In this document: positions 11,556-24,713 of the stretch, piece after piece | Numbering within the stretch: position 1 is the stretch's first letter | Layout of the letters: every line of letters starts with the position of its first letter | Assembly: GCF_006345805.1 (NCBI RefSeq) | Contig: NC_043004.1 | Location: forward strand, 8,618,001-8,682,000 | Length of the DNA: 64,000 nt | Direction of reading: 5' to 3' | Source of the DNA: Octopus sinensis | Lineage: Eukaryota | Translations under genes and position numbers: made by a program | Notes under the pieces: model-generated | Seen by the model: only the letters and a program-made list of their open reading frames with translations | Databases searched by the model: none | Told to the model about the DNA's origin: nothing

Positions 11556-12263
11556 GTTATCAGTTATGTTTAAATTTTTAATTTATTCTTTGTAATTTTC
11601 TCTTTTATTAATTTCCAGCTAATTGTATTTCGTTACATAACGTGTGTGTCCCCCCCCCCGCCCCTTGAACTTCTCATTTTTATTCCATTCCATTTTCTTC
11701 CATTCCAGCATCTTTTGTAAGACTTTTTTTAATGTTCTTTTGTGTTTTATTAAATCTTTCGAGCCTTTGTGACTAATAAAAATTTTTTCCTCCGCCGATT
11801 CTAATGTAAACTCCCACTCAAATTATAACCTGTCTTTGCTCCTTTTTTCATCTCATACGATACCCCTGGGTGGCGCACAAAAGAAATCATTGTTGTTGTT
11901 GTTGTTGGGGCAATAAATACAAGAAACGTTCGAATGACAGCATTTCCAATTGATGTCGAGACTTTTCTTCACCGTATTGTCTTATCTACTTTTTTACTTT
12001 GTTTTTCTAAAGAAACATAAGTTTTGTATTACAATAAATCTAATTATATAAAAAAGATCGTCGTGTTCGTATAACTATTATTTTCATTTAAGCAGTAAAT
12101 GAAACGTATTTGGCGACCAAAAGGTTGGTGGAGAAACATTCAACTAGGATTCAATGATATCTGTTAACTGTGCCTCTTATTTGTCCACAGTTGATAAGTA
12201 CCAGTCATATACTACAGGCTATTCTATTAATTGCTTACACTCCCAAAATGACCTACAACAAAT

Positions 12264-12475
12264 AGCAGCGAGCAGGCGGAACCGTTAGCACGCCGGGCGA
12301 AATGCTTAGCGGCGCTTCGTTCGCCTATACGTTCTGAGTTCAAATTCCACCGACGTCGACTTTGCCTTTCATCCTTTCGTGATGAAATAAGTACAAGTTG
12401 CGTACTGGGGTCGATGAAATCTACTCATTCCCTTCTCCCAAATTATTTGGCCTTATGCAAAATTTGAAACCAATA
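12264..12475 (+). mobile_element. SINE family C with short (CCCTTC..CCCAAA) tail
   Basis: Head GCGAGCAGGCGGAACCGTTAGCACGCCGGGCGAAATGC, core GACTTTGCCTTTCATCCTTTCG. Confidence 0.85.
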
Positions 12476-12615
12476 TAGAAATCATTATTCACAGATTTCA
12501 AACACTATCACCTTTTGTTCTTTCTGAATGCCAGTAAGATATTAATTGGCATAAAGCCACAGGCGTTGTGAGAAGTATAAATTCGATTGTATTGATCTCA
12601 AGATTTGATTGGTAC

Positions 12616-12759
12616 TGTTCTATATTTAAGAGATGAGGAATTTTGTACATTATTTACATAATTTACATTTGGCGGATATTTGTCCTCATCTTGTTTGTTG
12701 GTAATACAACGTTTCGAAATTTCCCCAAGACACCTGATGAGGGCTGGAGTGTACATCAG
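12616..12759. mobile_element. Inverted pair of fragments of the hammerhead-bearing element
   Basis: 12616-12716 matches 48252-48351 (minus orientation); 12713-12759 (CGAAATTTCCCCAAGACACCTGATGAGGGCTGGAGTGTACATCAG) matches the plus orientation at 48663-48698. Confidence 0.85.
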
Positions 12760-13565
12760 AATTGACCAGGATTTAAATAATAGCAACCCCGCCAAATGTT
12801 TCAAAGAATCTCGTGGAATTTAACATATACAGGCTTTTGGAAGAAGCCTAATATTGCTCACGGCATATACACTTAAAAATTGAAAAAAGCTCTACTCTTA
12901 TTCGCTTCAGATATAGAAACAGAATTAGCTCTACTTTTCCATCTCAATATGTCTGCAGACTGGAGAATTATCGAACTGACAATGTTCCAATAAGTTGAAG
13001 CATTTTTGAAGCTGAAACTGTATATCTTTCAATGGATCAAAAATATACATTTTATGCCTGGGTGTGAAATATAAATTTCTTAAAATACTAAAACTACTAC
13101 AATTAGGCATATGTACAAATGACTTTTAAAAAATTCACTCACAGACCAGCTAACCATTCCCTACAGGAACCCTGCAACACCGATATAGCAGTAATTTTCC
13201 TCTACATTATATATATTTAAGCAGTAGTAATACTCACATCTTAGTAAATGTCCTCACACATCCGAATGACAGCCTGTCGTGTTCTTCAACCATTATCACC
13301 TGATCTAAGGTGATCACTTTGATGTGCCCCGTGTTTTGCGTTCCTCATTCCCCAAACCAAAGACTGGAACATAGAAAGAACAATTGAATTGCAACAGACT
13401 GAATCCTCTGCTTCGAAGAAATGTGCGAGCGAGCGCGCACACACACGCACACACATGCACATACACATACATACATATGCACAGCAATACATACATACAC
13501 AACACACTCAAATGCACTCATGTATGCGAGTGTGTGTATGTGTTTGCGTGTGTATGTGTATTTGT

Positions 13566-13629
<64 letters not shown>

Positions 13630-14434
13630 TTGTGCGTGCGTGCGCGCAATGAATGTATATGTTTGTGTTTGGAGACAAACAGATTGACAAACCTTCAGAT
13701 AAAAAAAAAAATTAATTTTCTTATAGTTTAATATCAACGTGTATGACCAAATTCTATTTTTATAATTCTTAATAAACATGCAGACTATTTACTGTTTCAC
13801 ACCCAAATGGTACCCATTTTTTAAATATATTCTAAACAACCTGTTTTTTCGTTCAAAAACTAAGGATTTTTCATGCATTTCTTTTAAATAGAAGCAGCAG
13901 AGATTTATTTTACATCCTATATCAAGCGTTTTCCCGTTCGTTATCTTTTAATATCATAAACAAAGTGACATGGAGACTCTATCGTAATCGGCAAACCTTA
14001 AAAGCTTAAGTAACTGATACTTTTCCTCATCTCCAAACAGTTTGTTCTTTCCAATGGAATCTGGGACCGGCATGATTTTGATTTTTATGTTTACGTTTAT
14101 TTGATTTCTATTTAAAGTATCCCCCCCCCCTCGGCAACAAAACCTATTATGAGGCGACTTTGAAGCTGGCACAAATAAACAAATAACATGCTAACCTAAG
14201 GCTTTTGCTAAATTAGTCTTGCTCTGAATTTCAACAGGTTGCTTTACAAATTACTGTTGTCGAGAAATAAATTTAAACACCGAACATATTAAAAAATAAA
14301 ATAATTGGGACGACATCACTTCAAACGGAAAACCACCCACAGCATCCGCTGCCAGTTCTTGTACAGTATGATGAATTGGTCTTATTCAGCAAGTTCCAGG
14401 CAAGCCGAGCCGCTTATATATTTGAATCATATAT

Positions 14435-14826
14435 TTACTCTTGTACTCTTGTACTTGTTTCAGTCATGTGACTGCAGCCATGCTGGAGCACCGCAGGACC
14501 CCAGGATTTATTCTTTGTAAGCCTGGTACTTATTCTATCGGTCTCTTTTGCCGAACGATTAAGTTACGGGGACGTAAACACACCAGCATCGGTTGTCAAC
14601 CGATGTTGGGGAGACAAATACAGACACACAAACACACATTCACACACATATATACATATATGCGACGGGCTTCATTCAGTTTCCGTCTACAAAATCCACT
14701 CACAAGGCTTTGGTCGGCCCGAGGCTATAGTAGAAGACACCTACCCAAGGTGCCACGTAGTGGGACTGAAGCTGGAACCATGTGGTTGATAAGCAAGCCA
14801 CTTACCACACAGTCACTCCTGCGCCT
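14435..14826 (-). mobile_element. SINE family A, full length
   Basis: Reverse complement runs from AGGCGCAGGAGTGACTGTGTGGTAAG through CCTTGGGTAGGTGTCTTCTACTATAGCC and an internal TA/TG tract to the GAAACAAGTACAAGAGTACAAGAG tail. Confidence 0.92.
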
Positions 14827-16479
14827 ATTTGTTCTAAAATAATTTGTTGAAGTCTCTGTTTTGAAACGTAAGTGTTACTTTATTTCGGAGATTTCTTCCT
14901 TAATTTTTTTTTTTAAATCTTCACCACATTGAATTGTGGTGGATTGACAGCATCACGAAGGAGATGAACAGTGTTTGGTGATTTTTAGATATGACTCTTT
15001 ACGTTGTGATTTGAACTTCCGTTGATGTTGGCTTTGTTCTTTCAACCTTCCCAGATCGATAAAATACCAGCCAAGTACTCGAGTTGATATAATCGATTAT
15101 ATCCTCAGAACGGGGAATACCAGAATATCAGAATATAAGAATATCAGAACATCAGAATAGAAAAACACCCAACAAAGTATTTAGTTGCGTCTCTTTCCTT
15201 TCTGAGTTTTAGTTTCGTCGAAAGAGTTTTTGGCATTCATCTTTCCGGGGTTCACTCTTCTTTTTTAATGTTCCATTTTTTTTTTTACAATCCCATTTTT
15301 TTTTCCACAAATATTCATAAGGCAACTTGTACGACGCACAAACATTGTCGTCATTTCTTTGATGCAAGAAGGAAAAAGGAAGTTCCTCATGAAACACAAA
15401 TGAATCAGTTTTCCAGACATATTTCTCAGACAATATTCGGAGCGCCATTGTTATAATTAATTATTTACTATGTCATCCATGTTATATTGATTTTTAAGAT
15501 TAACGCAAAACACCTTGGTCGATTTAGTTAAGTCTCGATAAGTGATTTTGTGCGTATTTTATTGACCCTGTTATGAGAAAATCGGCCCTGGGGGTTACGA
15601 ACTCAGAGTTTAGCTGACCTAAATACAACGAATAATTTTATCCATTCCTCTATCGATTCCCAACAGGAATGTCTTGTAGAACAAGAGGGAAATTCCCGAT
15701 CGAGACATTTCCCCTTCCTTTAAGCTGATAATACTCTCGAGAAACATATAATCATATAATTTCTTTCGTAATATTTTGATTCTTTGACGAAACAAGCGGA
15801 ATTGGTGCATCTCAGTTGATGCAGATGTTATTGTTGCTGTTTTTAGTTCCAGGTCAGCTGCAGTTGAGCAACGTTGCTAAAAATAACTGAATTCTCTCAA
15901 ATGTACACTTCTATCTTAAACAAAGAACACACTAGATAATGTAGTCGGTGGTTCGCCAAAAAAATAAATAAATAAATAAAAAGGGCGGGATGATGACGTG
16001 TATATTTCCTTGATTATAAGGCTATTTAAATAGCTCCGACCTGAGACGAAACATAAATTATTTGATGTTTTTTCCACAACAAAACAATTATTCCATACCC
16101 TAGTAGCAACCTTCTAAAACTCCCATCCCCACTTCCCATCACCTTTTCCCTCTCTTTTTTTTCTTTCCGACGATCGACCAGGCAATTCTTTGACAATAAT
16201 ATTGATTACTTTACACACAGAACGACATTTTGGAGACCAATAGTACGCAGACAAAGGAGCCCTTTAGCTTTTTTTTTTTTTTTGCAGGTCAATTTAAAGC
16301 ATTCTCCTATTGACTGAATGTTGCATATTGAATGTGTCGACGCATCACTAGAGGACCTCACGTATTCCTGTAGAATTCCTGTGATGTTCATGTCCTTACG
16401 ACATATATTTAGAATGTTATATTTATGCATTTACATGTTCAAACTCAACTTGGCAGCGTCCAGTTTCACGAGACGTTCA

Positions 16480-17200
16480 CCAAAAGTGGCCTTCATCCAA
16501 TTTAGACAAAATGTTTGATATCCCAGAGGAATCTGACAGTAACAATGGCAGTCTGAATAGGGGAAGTGGTTTTGATTTGTTCTATTCTTTGATTCTGGTT
16601 CCAAATCAGATGAAGAATATGATGCATATATAAATGTTATAGATAATGAGGGTAGGGTTGGACAGGGTAGTTCTGATGGTGATAACTCTGATAATACAAA
16701 TGCTGCGACTTCAGATAATTAGCTACGTGTGAGTGATTTGAAAAATGACCAAAACTCCTGCGGTTGATGATTTTGTGACCAAGATGGACCCTTTATGAAA
16801 GCCAGCTGAAGCTAGACCAGTTGTTTATTTTGATCATTTATTTTTATCGTTGTTGTTGGTGCTGTGCCTCCATTCTGAGATTGTCTTGTCACAGTAACAA
16901 AATGTCACTGTATGAGAAGCGTGAACTATTTCAACGACATCATAAAATGCGTTTTTGACAATCACAAACGCTTGAGAAACGGCAAGAATCTGTTGGTTTA
17001 CTTTTGAATATGGCACTAATGCGTAAACACACTAAGTTCCGATAGAAACTTGCTGAAAACTGTCCGGCCTCACTACAAAAGGACTTTAAAAAATTATCTG
17101 CCTGCGGAAAGGATAAATCTATCTAAGCAAAATATCAGTAGGTTTTGTGTCGATTATGAAAATGATGAAAGAAATCTTGATAAAAATGAATGAATGCATT
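16480..17200 (+). mobile_element. Possible decayed, internally deleted piggyBac-like transposase
   Basis: Acidic stretch (DSGSKSDEEYD...SSDGDNSDN), then KTPAVDDFVTKMDPL*KPAEARPVVYFDHLF, later LLLNMALMRKHTKFR*KLAEN; all resemble piggyBac N- and C-terminal blocks but are heavily mutated. Confidence 0.4.
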
Positions 17201-17940
17201 TTTTGAAAAAGTTTCTAGGTAAATATATTTTAAGGGAAAATGAAAGCAAAAATCTGGAACATAAATGGCAGAATTAAAGAAAAGTTACCTTCAGCGAAAT
17301 TTGTAACTGTTTTTCGGCCCCCAAAACCTGCTGCTGAAGTCGTTGTTGTTGTTGTTGTTGATCGAACAAACAAGACTAATTTCTTCTTTTTTTAAATGTC
17401 AAGAGAAAAGGCAAGGGAAGTTTAGCTGCTACTTCTAGCAGAAGGAGCAACCGCTTAGAGGCGTTTTTGTTGGTTTAGATTCCCTTTGTTGAGCAGGTTT
17501 ATGATCAAAGGCATTCCAACCGTGACAATGGCGCCTTTTTTTATGTGCCAAGAACTCAGGAGCACATTATCCGACTTGTTGCTTTTAAGAGATCGGGAGA
17601 TAAATAGAAAGACATGGTGATTCTTTGGAGTAAGACAGACAAGCGGCTCCTTCGTTTTTGTACATAGGAATATATCTATGTAAATCTTCGTGTCTGACTT
17701 TGTTTCCTCCCACGCTTGACGGCCGTTATTGATTTGTTTAAATTCAAATGACTTAGCGATCCGGCAAAAAGAGACTGATACAATAAGAACCAGACTTTAA
17801 AAAAATTCTGGGGTTGACTTGTCTGATTAAACCCTTCAAGGCGGTGCCTCAGTATGGCCGCAGCCCAAACAATGAAGCAAGTAAAAAATAAAAAAAGTCA
17901 GAGTGCATCAGGTTTCATCTTAGCCACGCAATCGAGTTAA

Positions 17941-18159
17941 CCCTTTAGTATTTAAACCGGCCATATCTGGCCAAAATATTTAATCTGTTTTATGTTCAAA
18001 CTGACCAGATCCAGGCTCTCACACTTACCCTACAATGTTATTCTACATTAAGTAATTACACCATCAAGATCTTGAAGATATGAGATAATGCATGATTAAT
18101 TCAAGTCAATGGGAATCAATAAGCATTATGTTTGATAGAATAATCTGAACACTAAAGGG
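17941..18159. mobile_element. piggyBac-type MITE, 219 bp
   Basis: TTAA at 17937-17940 and 18160-18163; termini CCCTTTAGT...ACTAAAGGG, with 12 of 14 terminal bases complementary; no ORF. Confidence 0.85.
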
Positions 18160-19459
18160 TTAAACATTCGTTAATTATACAGTCTCCCTCTGCTGCACTC
18201 TACAGATTCAGCTCAGACTTTTTATGTATTTTATTGCGATTTTAAATCCATATTAACAGAAACATGAAGACACGTGGGTGGTTTCGAAGACAGACGAGAG
18301 AAAGTGAAGAAAGCCGGATAAGAAAAACCGCTTTCACTGGATGACGTCATTGTTATCGACCCCAGCCCGCCAGTGCGTCTTATCTAATTTCCAGTGAGAT
18401 ACTAATATGGCTAGCATAGATAGATAGGCATGGCTAACATGAATGACACATTTATAAAGTTAAACAATTAGAAAAGACTAAAATGTCTGCAACAATAACA
18501 ACATGGCGGAACAACAACTTCAATTCAGTTGGAAATACTAGAACATTCTGTTTTGTTGCTTCGGAACATCCACTCCAGTTTGTGATCAGCTTCCAATGAG
18601 AGAGGAACCAGCCTGGATAAAAAAAAAAACAGATCTAGAGAGAGGTCAACCGAGATGGAGATAAACCTAGGCAGAGAGGCAAACCAAGAGAGAGGCAATC
18701 TAGAGTGAGACAAACCGACACAGTTTCAATCCTCGGTTGAAGCCATTTGATTTCATTTAGTTCTTTTCCCTCCACTCACCATGACACTAATAACCAAATT
18801 TCTCATTTCACATTTTATGTCTTGTTCCGTTCGTCAGCCGGGGAAGACGAGTAACTTTACTTTTCTGTCCGGTAAACCACTACGTGGTCACTCAAGCTGC
18901 TAGAAATGGCTGTCAAATGCTCCTCGAATGAAAATTCATCTTCATAAATAAGGAAATAGGATATCAGGTAATATATAAGTGTAAGGAAAAGGCTCCAAAT
19001 CATCTCGTTAGTTTCCTGAAACATACTTCTGGGCCTACAGTGCTTGTATTTATAAGTAAAAAGTATTGCACAGATGCGGTTTGGAGGTGGAGCAACCGGG
19101 TAGACTTTGTGGGGAAAAAAGGGCACCCTGGCAAATATCTGGGTGCAAAACAGCACTTACCCAAGGGAGATACACTGTGCTGGACAAGATATTTGCAAAA
19201 CTCCGTACAGTCGACTACAGGAAAGGGTCAAGAAACAACAGCAGCAATGAAGTTCGTGAAAAGAAGAAAAGCCTGGAGAACAAAAAGGAGAAATGGTATG
19301 TATGTATGTATATATGTATGCATGCATGTATGTATTATGCATATATATATATAACAGATGAAATGTTTGCAAAAAAGAATGTAGTTGTTAAAATCGCTAC
19401 TAGTATATTGATCAAATTTATTGATCTCCGACGAATAAGATATTGAATTTTTTTTAATT

Positions 19460-20260
19460 TAAGTTTGTGTTATCATCTTTAAATGCAGTGAGCATCGAAA
19501 ATAATTGTGCTGTGAGGAAATGACTAATATTGTTTTGGATATCGTGAGGTACGGGAGACAACTCTTGACATCTTTCGAGCTTATTCGATCTCCTCGGCGA
19601 AAACGTTTCACAGTATTTGCCTTGAAGTAGGGATGAAAGAAGTTGATATGAGTGTCGTTGGTGATGACAACTGAAGTTGATGCATGATTTCGGGGGGAAT
19701 TTGGCGCAGGAGACATCACCACTGAAATGGCAGACGAGGCAGAAGAACTCACTATGGTCAGTAGTTCAGAAGACAAGGCAGCAAGATGTTTAGTGCATCT
19801 GGGGCATCTCTTGATGGCTTACAGACTTGTGACCAACATCCGTGGAAGGGATTGGGATCACAACATGGACATTACTGTACCTATTGTAAGCCATGAATGT
19901 TTGACTGCTCGAAGTGAGATCGTTGATATTTAACCTGCTGAGAGTAGATGATACATCTAAGAACAGAAAAAGTCAGAGAGGGGAAGATAGCCACTCTGAC
20001 CGATTAGTCTTTTCAGAATCTCCGATGCTGTTGTGGGATGAGGAAAAAGTTATCCTAAAACCGAATGCTTTCAACAGAAAAGGCTCTGCTAAAATCTCCC
20101 AAGGATCAGACGGTGGGATCAAACCAAACCACGGAATCAGTCTACCATCAAAGCTCTTAATGATGGACAGAAACATCTGCAAATCAATAATGTAAGGAAA
20201 AAAGAACCGAACCAGGATTTGGTCGTGATTCTTGCAACAGAGTTAAGCGCGGAATGCCAG
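19460..20260 (-). mobile_element. Decayed CR1/L2/Jockey-type LINE reverse transcriptase region
   Basis: Minus strand gives, in order, LIPPSDPWEILAEPF, DVSSTLSRLNIND, PNPFHGCWSQVCKPSRD, AACTACTGACCATAG (decayed NYRPI) and KRFRRGDR (decayed QxGFRxxRS); this is the block order at the start of these RT domains. Confidence 0.55.
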
Positions 20261-20616
20261 GTCGTGGTAAAAACTTTAGAGTAGGGTTTAGCTGATTACG
20301 TCAATCATAATAGTGGTGTTTTATTTTATAAATTCAGGAAGAATTATAGACAAAATCAGCAAGATTTGAACTCAGAACGTTAAAGGACGTAACTAGATAC
20401 CACAAGGCACTTTGTCCGACGCCCTTGTGATTCAGGCAATTTGTCACTCTTATGTATTTAATCCATTTTTATGTCATACCATTCCAAATAATCTGTTTGT
20501 GCACATGTCTAGGAGGAGTGGGGAGAGGAATGGAATTAAACAGAGCGATTGATAGAGATTTGGAGAGCAACAGAAAAAGAGGGAGTGAGAGAGAGAGTGT
20601 GGGCGTGCTGGAGAGG

Positions 20617-20652
<36 letters not shown>

Positions 20653-21491
20653 GAGAAGTAATATATAAAGGGGAAGGGGCGTTGGAGGGAGGAAGGAAAG
20701 GGTTTGTTGTTTGCTTTTTCCTTCAAATTAAACTGACCACTTTAAGATGCAAGAACGGAAGAAAACACTCAGAAATGATCTGACCAACCAACCAGCCAAC
20801 CAGTCAGCCAGCCAGCCAACCAGCCAACCAAGTGGCGTGGGTAGTGGACAGGTCAGAATGTCGTTGGCGATGACAACCGAAGCTTATCACGTGATCTTTT
20901 ACCATAACAAAACAGCAAATAAATGGCAGTGCGGCGAGTAGGAAGGTTTCCATTTGACAACTCACCTCTCATCATCCGGGAACTTTAACATACGCACAAC
21001 ACAAACACACACAGACCAAAAACAAAAACAAAAAAAAAAAAACAACGACAACAACAAAATTCTACCGACCATTTCTTCGATTCTGAAGATTCTTTGGCAA
21101 GACAGCCAAAGACAGACGATAGATATATTTTGTTTTCAAAATTCAAAAGTGGATAATTACAAATGTTGTAATATTTTGACAAATTTTAACAATTTTACAC
21201 GGATTCATCGTTTGCTGTTCCCAGAACTATATTTTCATCGGCATCAATTTTACCAAACAATTACACTTTACTTGAAAGGAAAACACCAACTGACTACGTA
21301 AGAATTTCATCTTTATCTTTGGAAATATTCGTTTGCATTTAATTCTACGTGAAAATATGGATGGCCTCATGTATGTTGTGTGTGTGCGTGTGTGTGTGTG
21401 TGTGTGTTTCTCTGCCCCTGGGCAAATATATATGGAGAGTAAATATTTTTCTAGGTCCCTCTTCACTCATTTCTTTCTTTCTCCCTTATAT

Positions 21492-21539
<48 letters not shown>

Positions 21540-21737
21540 ATATATATATTATATATATTATATATATATATATATATACGACGGGCTTCTTTCAGTTTCC
21601 GTCTACCAAATCCACTCGCTATGCTTTGGTCGGCCCGAGACTATTGTAGAAGACACTTGCTCATGTACCCACGCAGTGGAACTAAACCTGGAACAATGTG
21701 GTTGGTAAGCAACCACATGCGTGTATGTGTGCGTGCG

Positions 21738-21774
<37 letters not shown>

Positions 21775-21957
21775 ATGAATAGAAATTGCTTTTCTGACAA
21801 TTTTTCCCAATTTAATAATTAGAAGTTCATGCTGTTAGATGTTTAAACACATAAATAACTCATTAAGGTGGGGGAAATGATCAGAAGAGCCCATTTCTAT
21901 TAATTTTTTCAAATATTTCGAACTGCACCAAAGACGTGCCATTTTCTCTTTCTTATT

Positions 21958-22015
21958 CTACCTTAATTGGTAGAGTATTCAACCGGTATCTCAGAGGTGC
22001 AGGTTCGAGTCCCGT
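21958..22015 (+). other. tRNA-like Pol III fragment (SINE head or tRNA pseudogene)
   Basis: TAATTGGTAGAGT (A box-like) and GGTTCGAGTCC (B box) at tRNA spacing; no complete cloverleaf. Confidence 0.4.
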
Positions 22016-22041
22016 GTTTGTCTGCCTACAGGTTTTTCAAT

Positions 22042-22430
22042 AAGCGCAGTCGTGGCTGTGTGGTAAGAAGCTTGCTTGCCAACCACATGGTTACGGGGTT
22101 TAGTCCCACAGCGTGGCACCTTGGGCAAGTGTCTTCTGCTGTTGCCTTGGGCCGACCAAAGCCTTGTGAGTGGATTTGGTTGACGGAAACTGAAATATAT
22201 TTGTGTGTTTGTGTCTGTTTGTCTCCCACCCCAGCATCGCTTGACAACCGATGTTGATGAGTTTACGTCGGCATAACTGAGCGGTTCGCCAAACGTGACT
22301 GATAGAATAAGTTTTAGGCTTACAAACAATAAGTCGTGGGGTCAATTTCTCCGACCGACAAAACCTTTAAGACGGTGTTCCAGCATGGCCGCAGTCAAAT
22401 GACTGAAACAAGTAAAAGAATAAAAGAATA
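22042..22430 (+). mobile_element. SINE family A, full length
   Basis: Head GGCTGTGTGGTAAGAAGCTTGC, CORE-like GGCACCTTGGGCAAGTGTCTTC, tail GAAACAAGTAAAAGAATAAAAGAATA. Confidence 0.92.
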
Positions 22431-22709
22431 TATATGTACACACACACACACACACACACACACAACACACACACACACACACACACCAGTAGAAATTGCT
22501 CATTATGATCCCTTTCCAACTGTGTTATTGGACAATATTAAGTTATACTTACACACACACTTACTCACACACACACACACACATACACACACACACACAC
22601 TTCCGGCTACTTATATACAACAATTTGCAAGTTTAGTGGATTCGGTCACAGAAAGGAGCGCGCGCACACAAATACGCACACAGACACGTACACACACACA
22701 AATGAAAAT

Positions 22710-22778
<69 letters not shown>

Positions 22779-22811
22779 TTTTATGTGTATATATTTTATG
22801 TATATACATAT

Positions 22812-22966
22812 GCGGGCGTGGTTGACGGTAAGAAGCTTTCTTCTCAATCATATGGATCTGAGTTCAATCCCATTGCATGTTAGTGTGTTTTCTACAATAG
22901 CCTCCGGCTAAGGAAAGCCTTGTGAGTGGATTTGGTAGACGGAAATTGAAAGAAGCCCTTCGTAAA

Positions 22967-23031
<65 letters not shown>

Positions 23032-23075
23032 TACACATATATATATATATTATATATACATATATATATTATATA

Positions 23076-23117
<42 letters not shown>

Positions 23118-23128
23118 TATAATATATA

Positions 23129-23165
<37 letters not shown>
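22812..23165 (+). mobile_element. SINE family A 5' half running into a long (TA)n tract
   Basis: GATTTGGTAGACGGAAATTGAAAGAAGCCC followed by about 190 bp of TA-rich repeat. Confidence 0.75.
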
Positions 23166-23168
<3 letters not shown>

Positions 23169-23169
23169 T

Positions 23170-23470
23170 TATGTAGAAAAATACAAACTGGGACAAGAAC
23201 GTAAAACATTTAGAAGACGATACAAAAAACACGGACGGGACATTCGAAGCCTTCAATCTTCAGTCAAGAACTGGATCATCGTAGCAATTTTGACTGATTA
23301 ATCTTGAGATCGCTCCGATCCAGCCAGCCCCAAGGAAAAACTAATCTACGAGCATTAGATTTCTTGGAAGAAGGATCGAATGTATACGAAACAGGGACAG
23401 AAAAACGGACGATGCCACACGAATATAAAATACAAAAAACAATGATGGTTTTTACTGTGGAAAGCGGGAT
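23170..23470. mobile_element. Unclassified non-coding segment, probably a dispersed repeat
   Basis: Complex sequence starting abruptly after a TA tract; no convincing ORF and no second copy in this window. Confidence 0.3.
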
Positions 23471-23769
23471 CCCAAGGATTTCTGTGATTTTACGCTAAGT
23501 CCCCATCCTTCAGAATGACCCACAATACGGCCTCTTTGAAATTCAGACAGTTCCAAGGATTCTTTTGTACATGGCATGATTAAACAGTCACATATAGAAC
23601 CTGAAACATAAAAATGTCAATTGATAAAAAATATAAACCTTTACAAGTGAGAATAAACATAAAGCGATGTTTTATGGGGTGTCTATTTACTTCTGTTACG
23701 TGGGTGTGTGTGTGTATACGTAAATATAAAGAGAGAGAGAGAGAGCGGGTGAGTGAGTGAGTGTGTATG

Positions 23770-23809
<40 letters not shown>

Positions 23810-24162
23810 TATATAAAGAGGGAGAGAGGGAGTGTGCGTGTGTATATATATATAAAGAGAGAGATAGTGAGGGTGTGTGTATATATATATGTATATATAT
23901 ATATATAAATAAAGAGAGAGAGAGAGAGGGGTGTGCGTGTGTGTGTGTGTGTGCGTGCGTGTGTGCGTGTGTGTGTGTGCGTGTGTGCGTGTGTGTGTGT
24001 GTAAAACTGTCGTCTCTAAAAGTCCAAAAAGTAAAAGGTTGTTGTTGGTAAGGAGCAGATGATTTCTTATTTTGTGTCCGTTTGTTCATTCCAGACTTAT
24101 GTAAATAAATATTATAAATATATATTGATTATTTATCGTACAGCTGCTGCTGCTGCTGCTGA

Positions 24163-24194
<32 letters not shown>

Positions 24195-24255
24195 TAAATA
24201 AAAAGTTTACACTACTTTTGTTTTGCGAGTAATCTATTCCTCTTGTTTATGAATC

Positions 24256-24327
<72 letters not shown>

Positions 24328-24672
24328 GAAAAGCTTCTTTCATTTTCCGCCTTCCAAATCCACTCACAAGGCTTTGATCGACCGCAGGCTATAGTAGAAG
24401 ACGCCAAGCCCCACGTTTCCGAGCGGCGGGATTGAAACAGGGCCATGTGGTTACGCCTGCGCCTCCCTATACTTTTCTCTCGTGTCTTTTCCATTTCTTT
24501 CCTCTCATCTTTTATGTAAGACCGTCTACAAATTGTCAATTGTCCTTGTAATGCCCTCCCCCAACTGATGCCCCCTCATCAGATGCCCCTCTAACAATAA
24601 TGATAATGATAGCTATTATTATTATTATTATTATTATTATTGTTATTATTATTATTATCATTATTATTATTA

Positions 24673-24713
<41 letters not shown>

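Noticed and set aside
21958-22015. Functional tRNA gene
   Set aside because: A and B boxes are present but acceptor and anticodon stems do not pair; the same applies to all SINE heads in the window.
23235-23275. Minus-strand CTGAAGATTGAAGGCTTCGAATGTC as a third hammerhead
   Set aside because: The GAAA box is incomplete and stem II cannot form with a viable loop.
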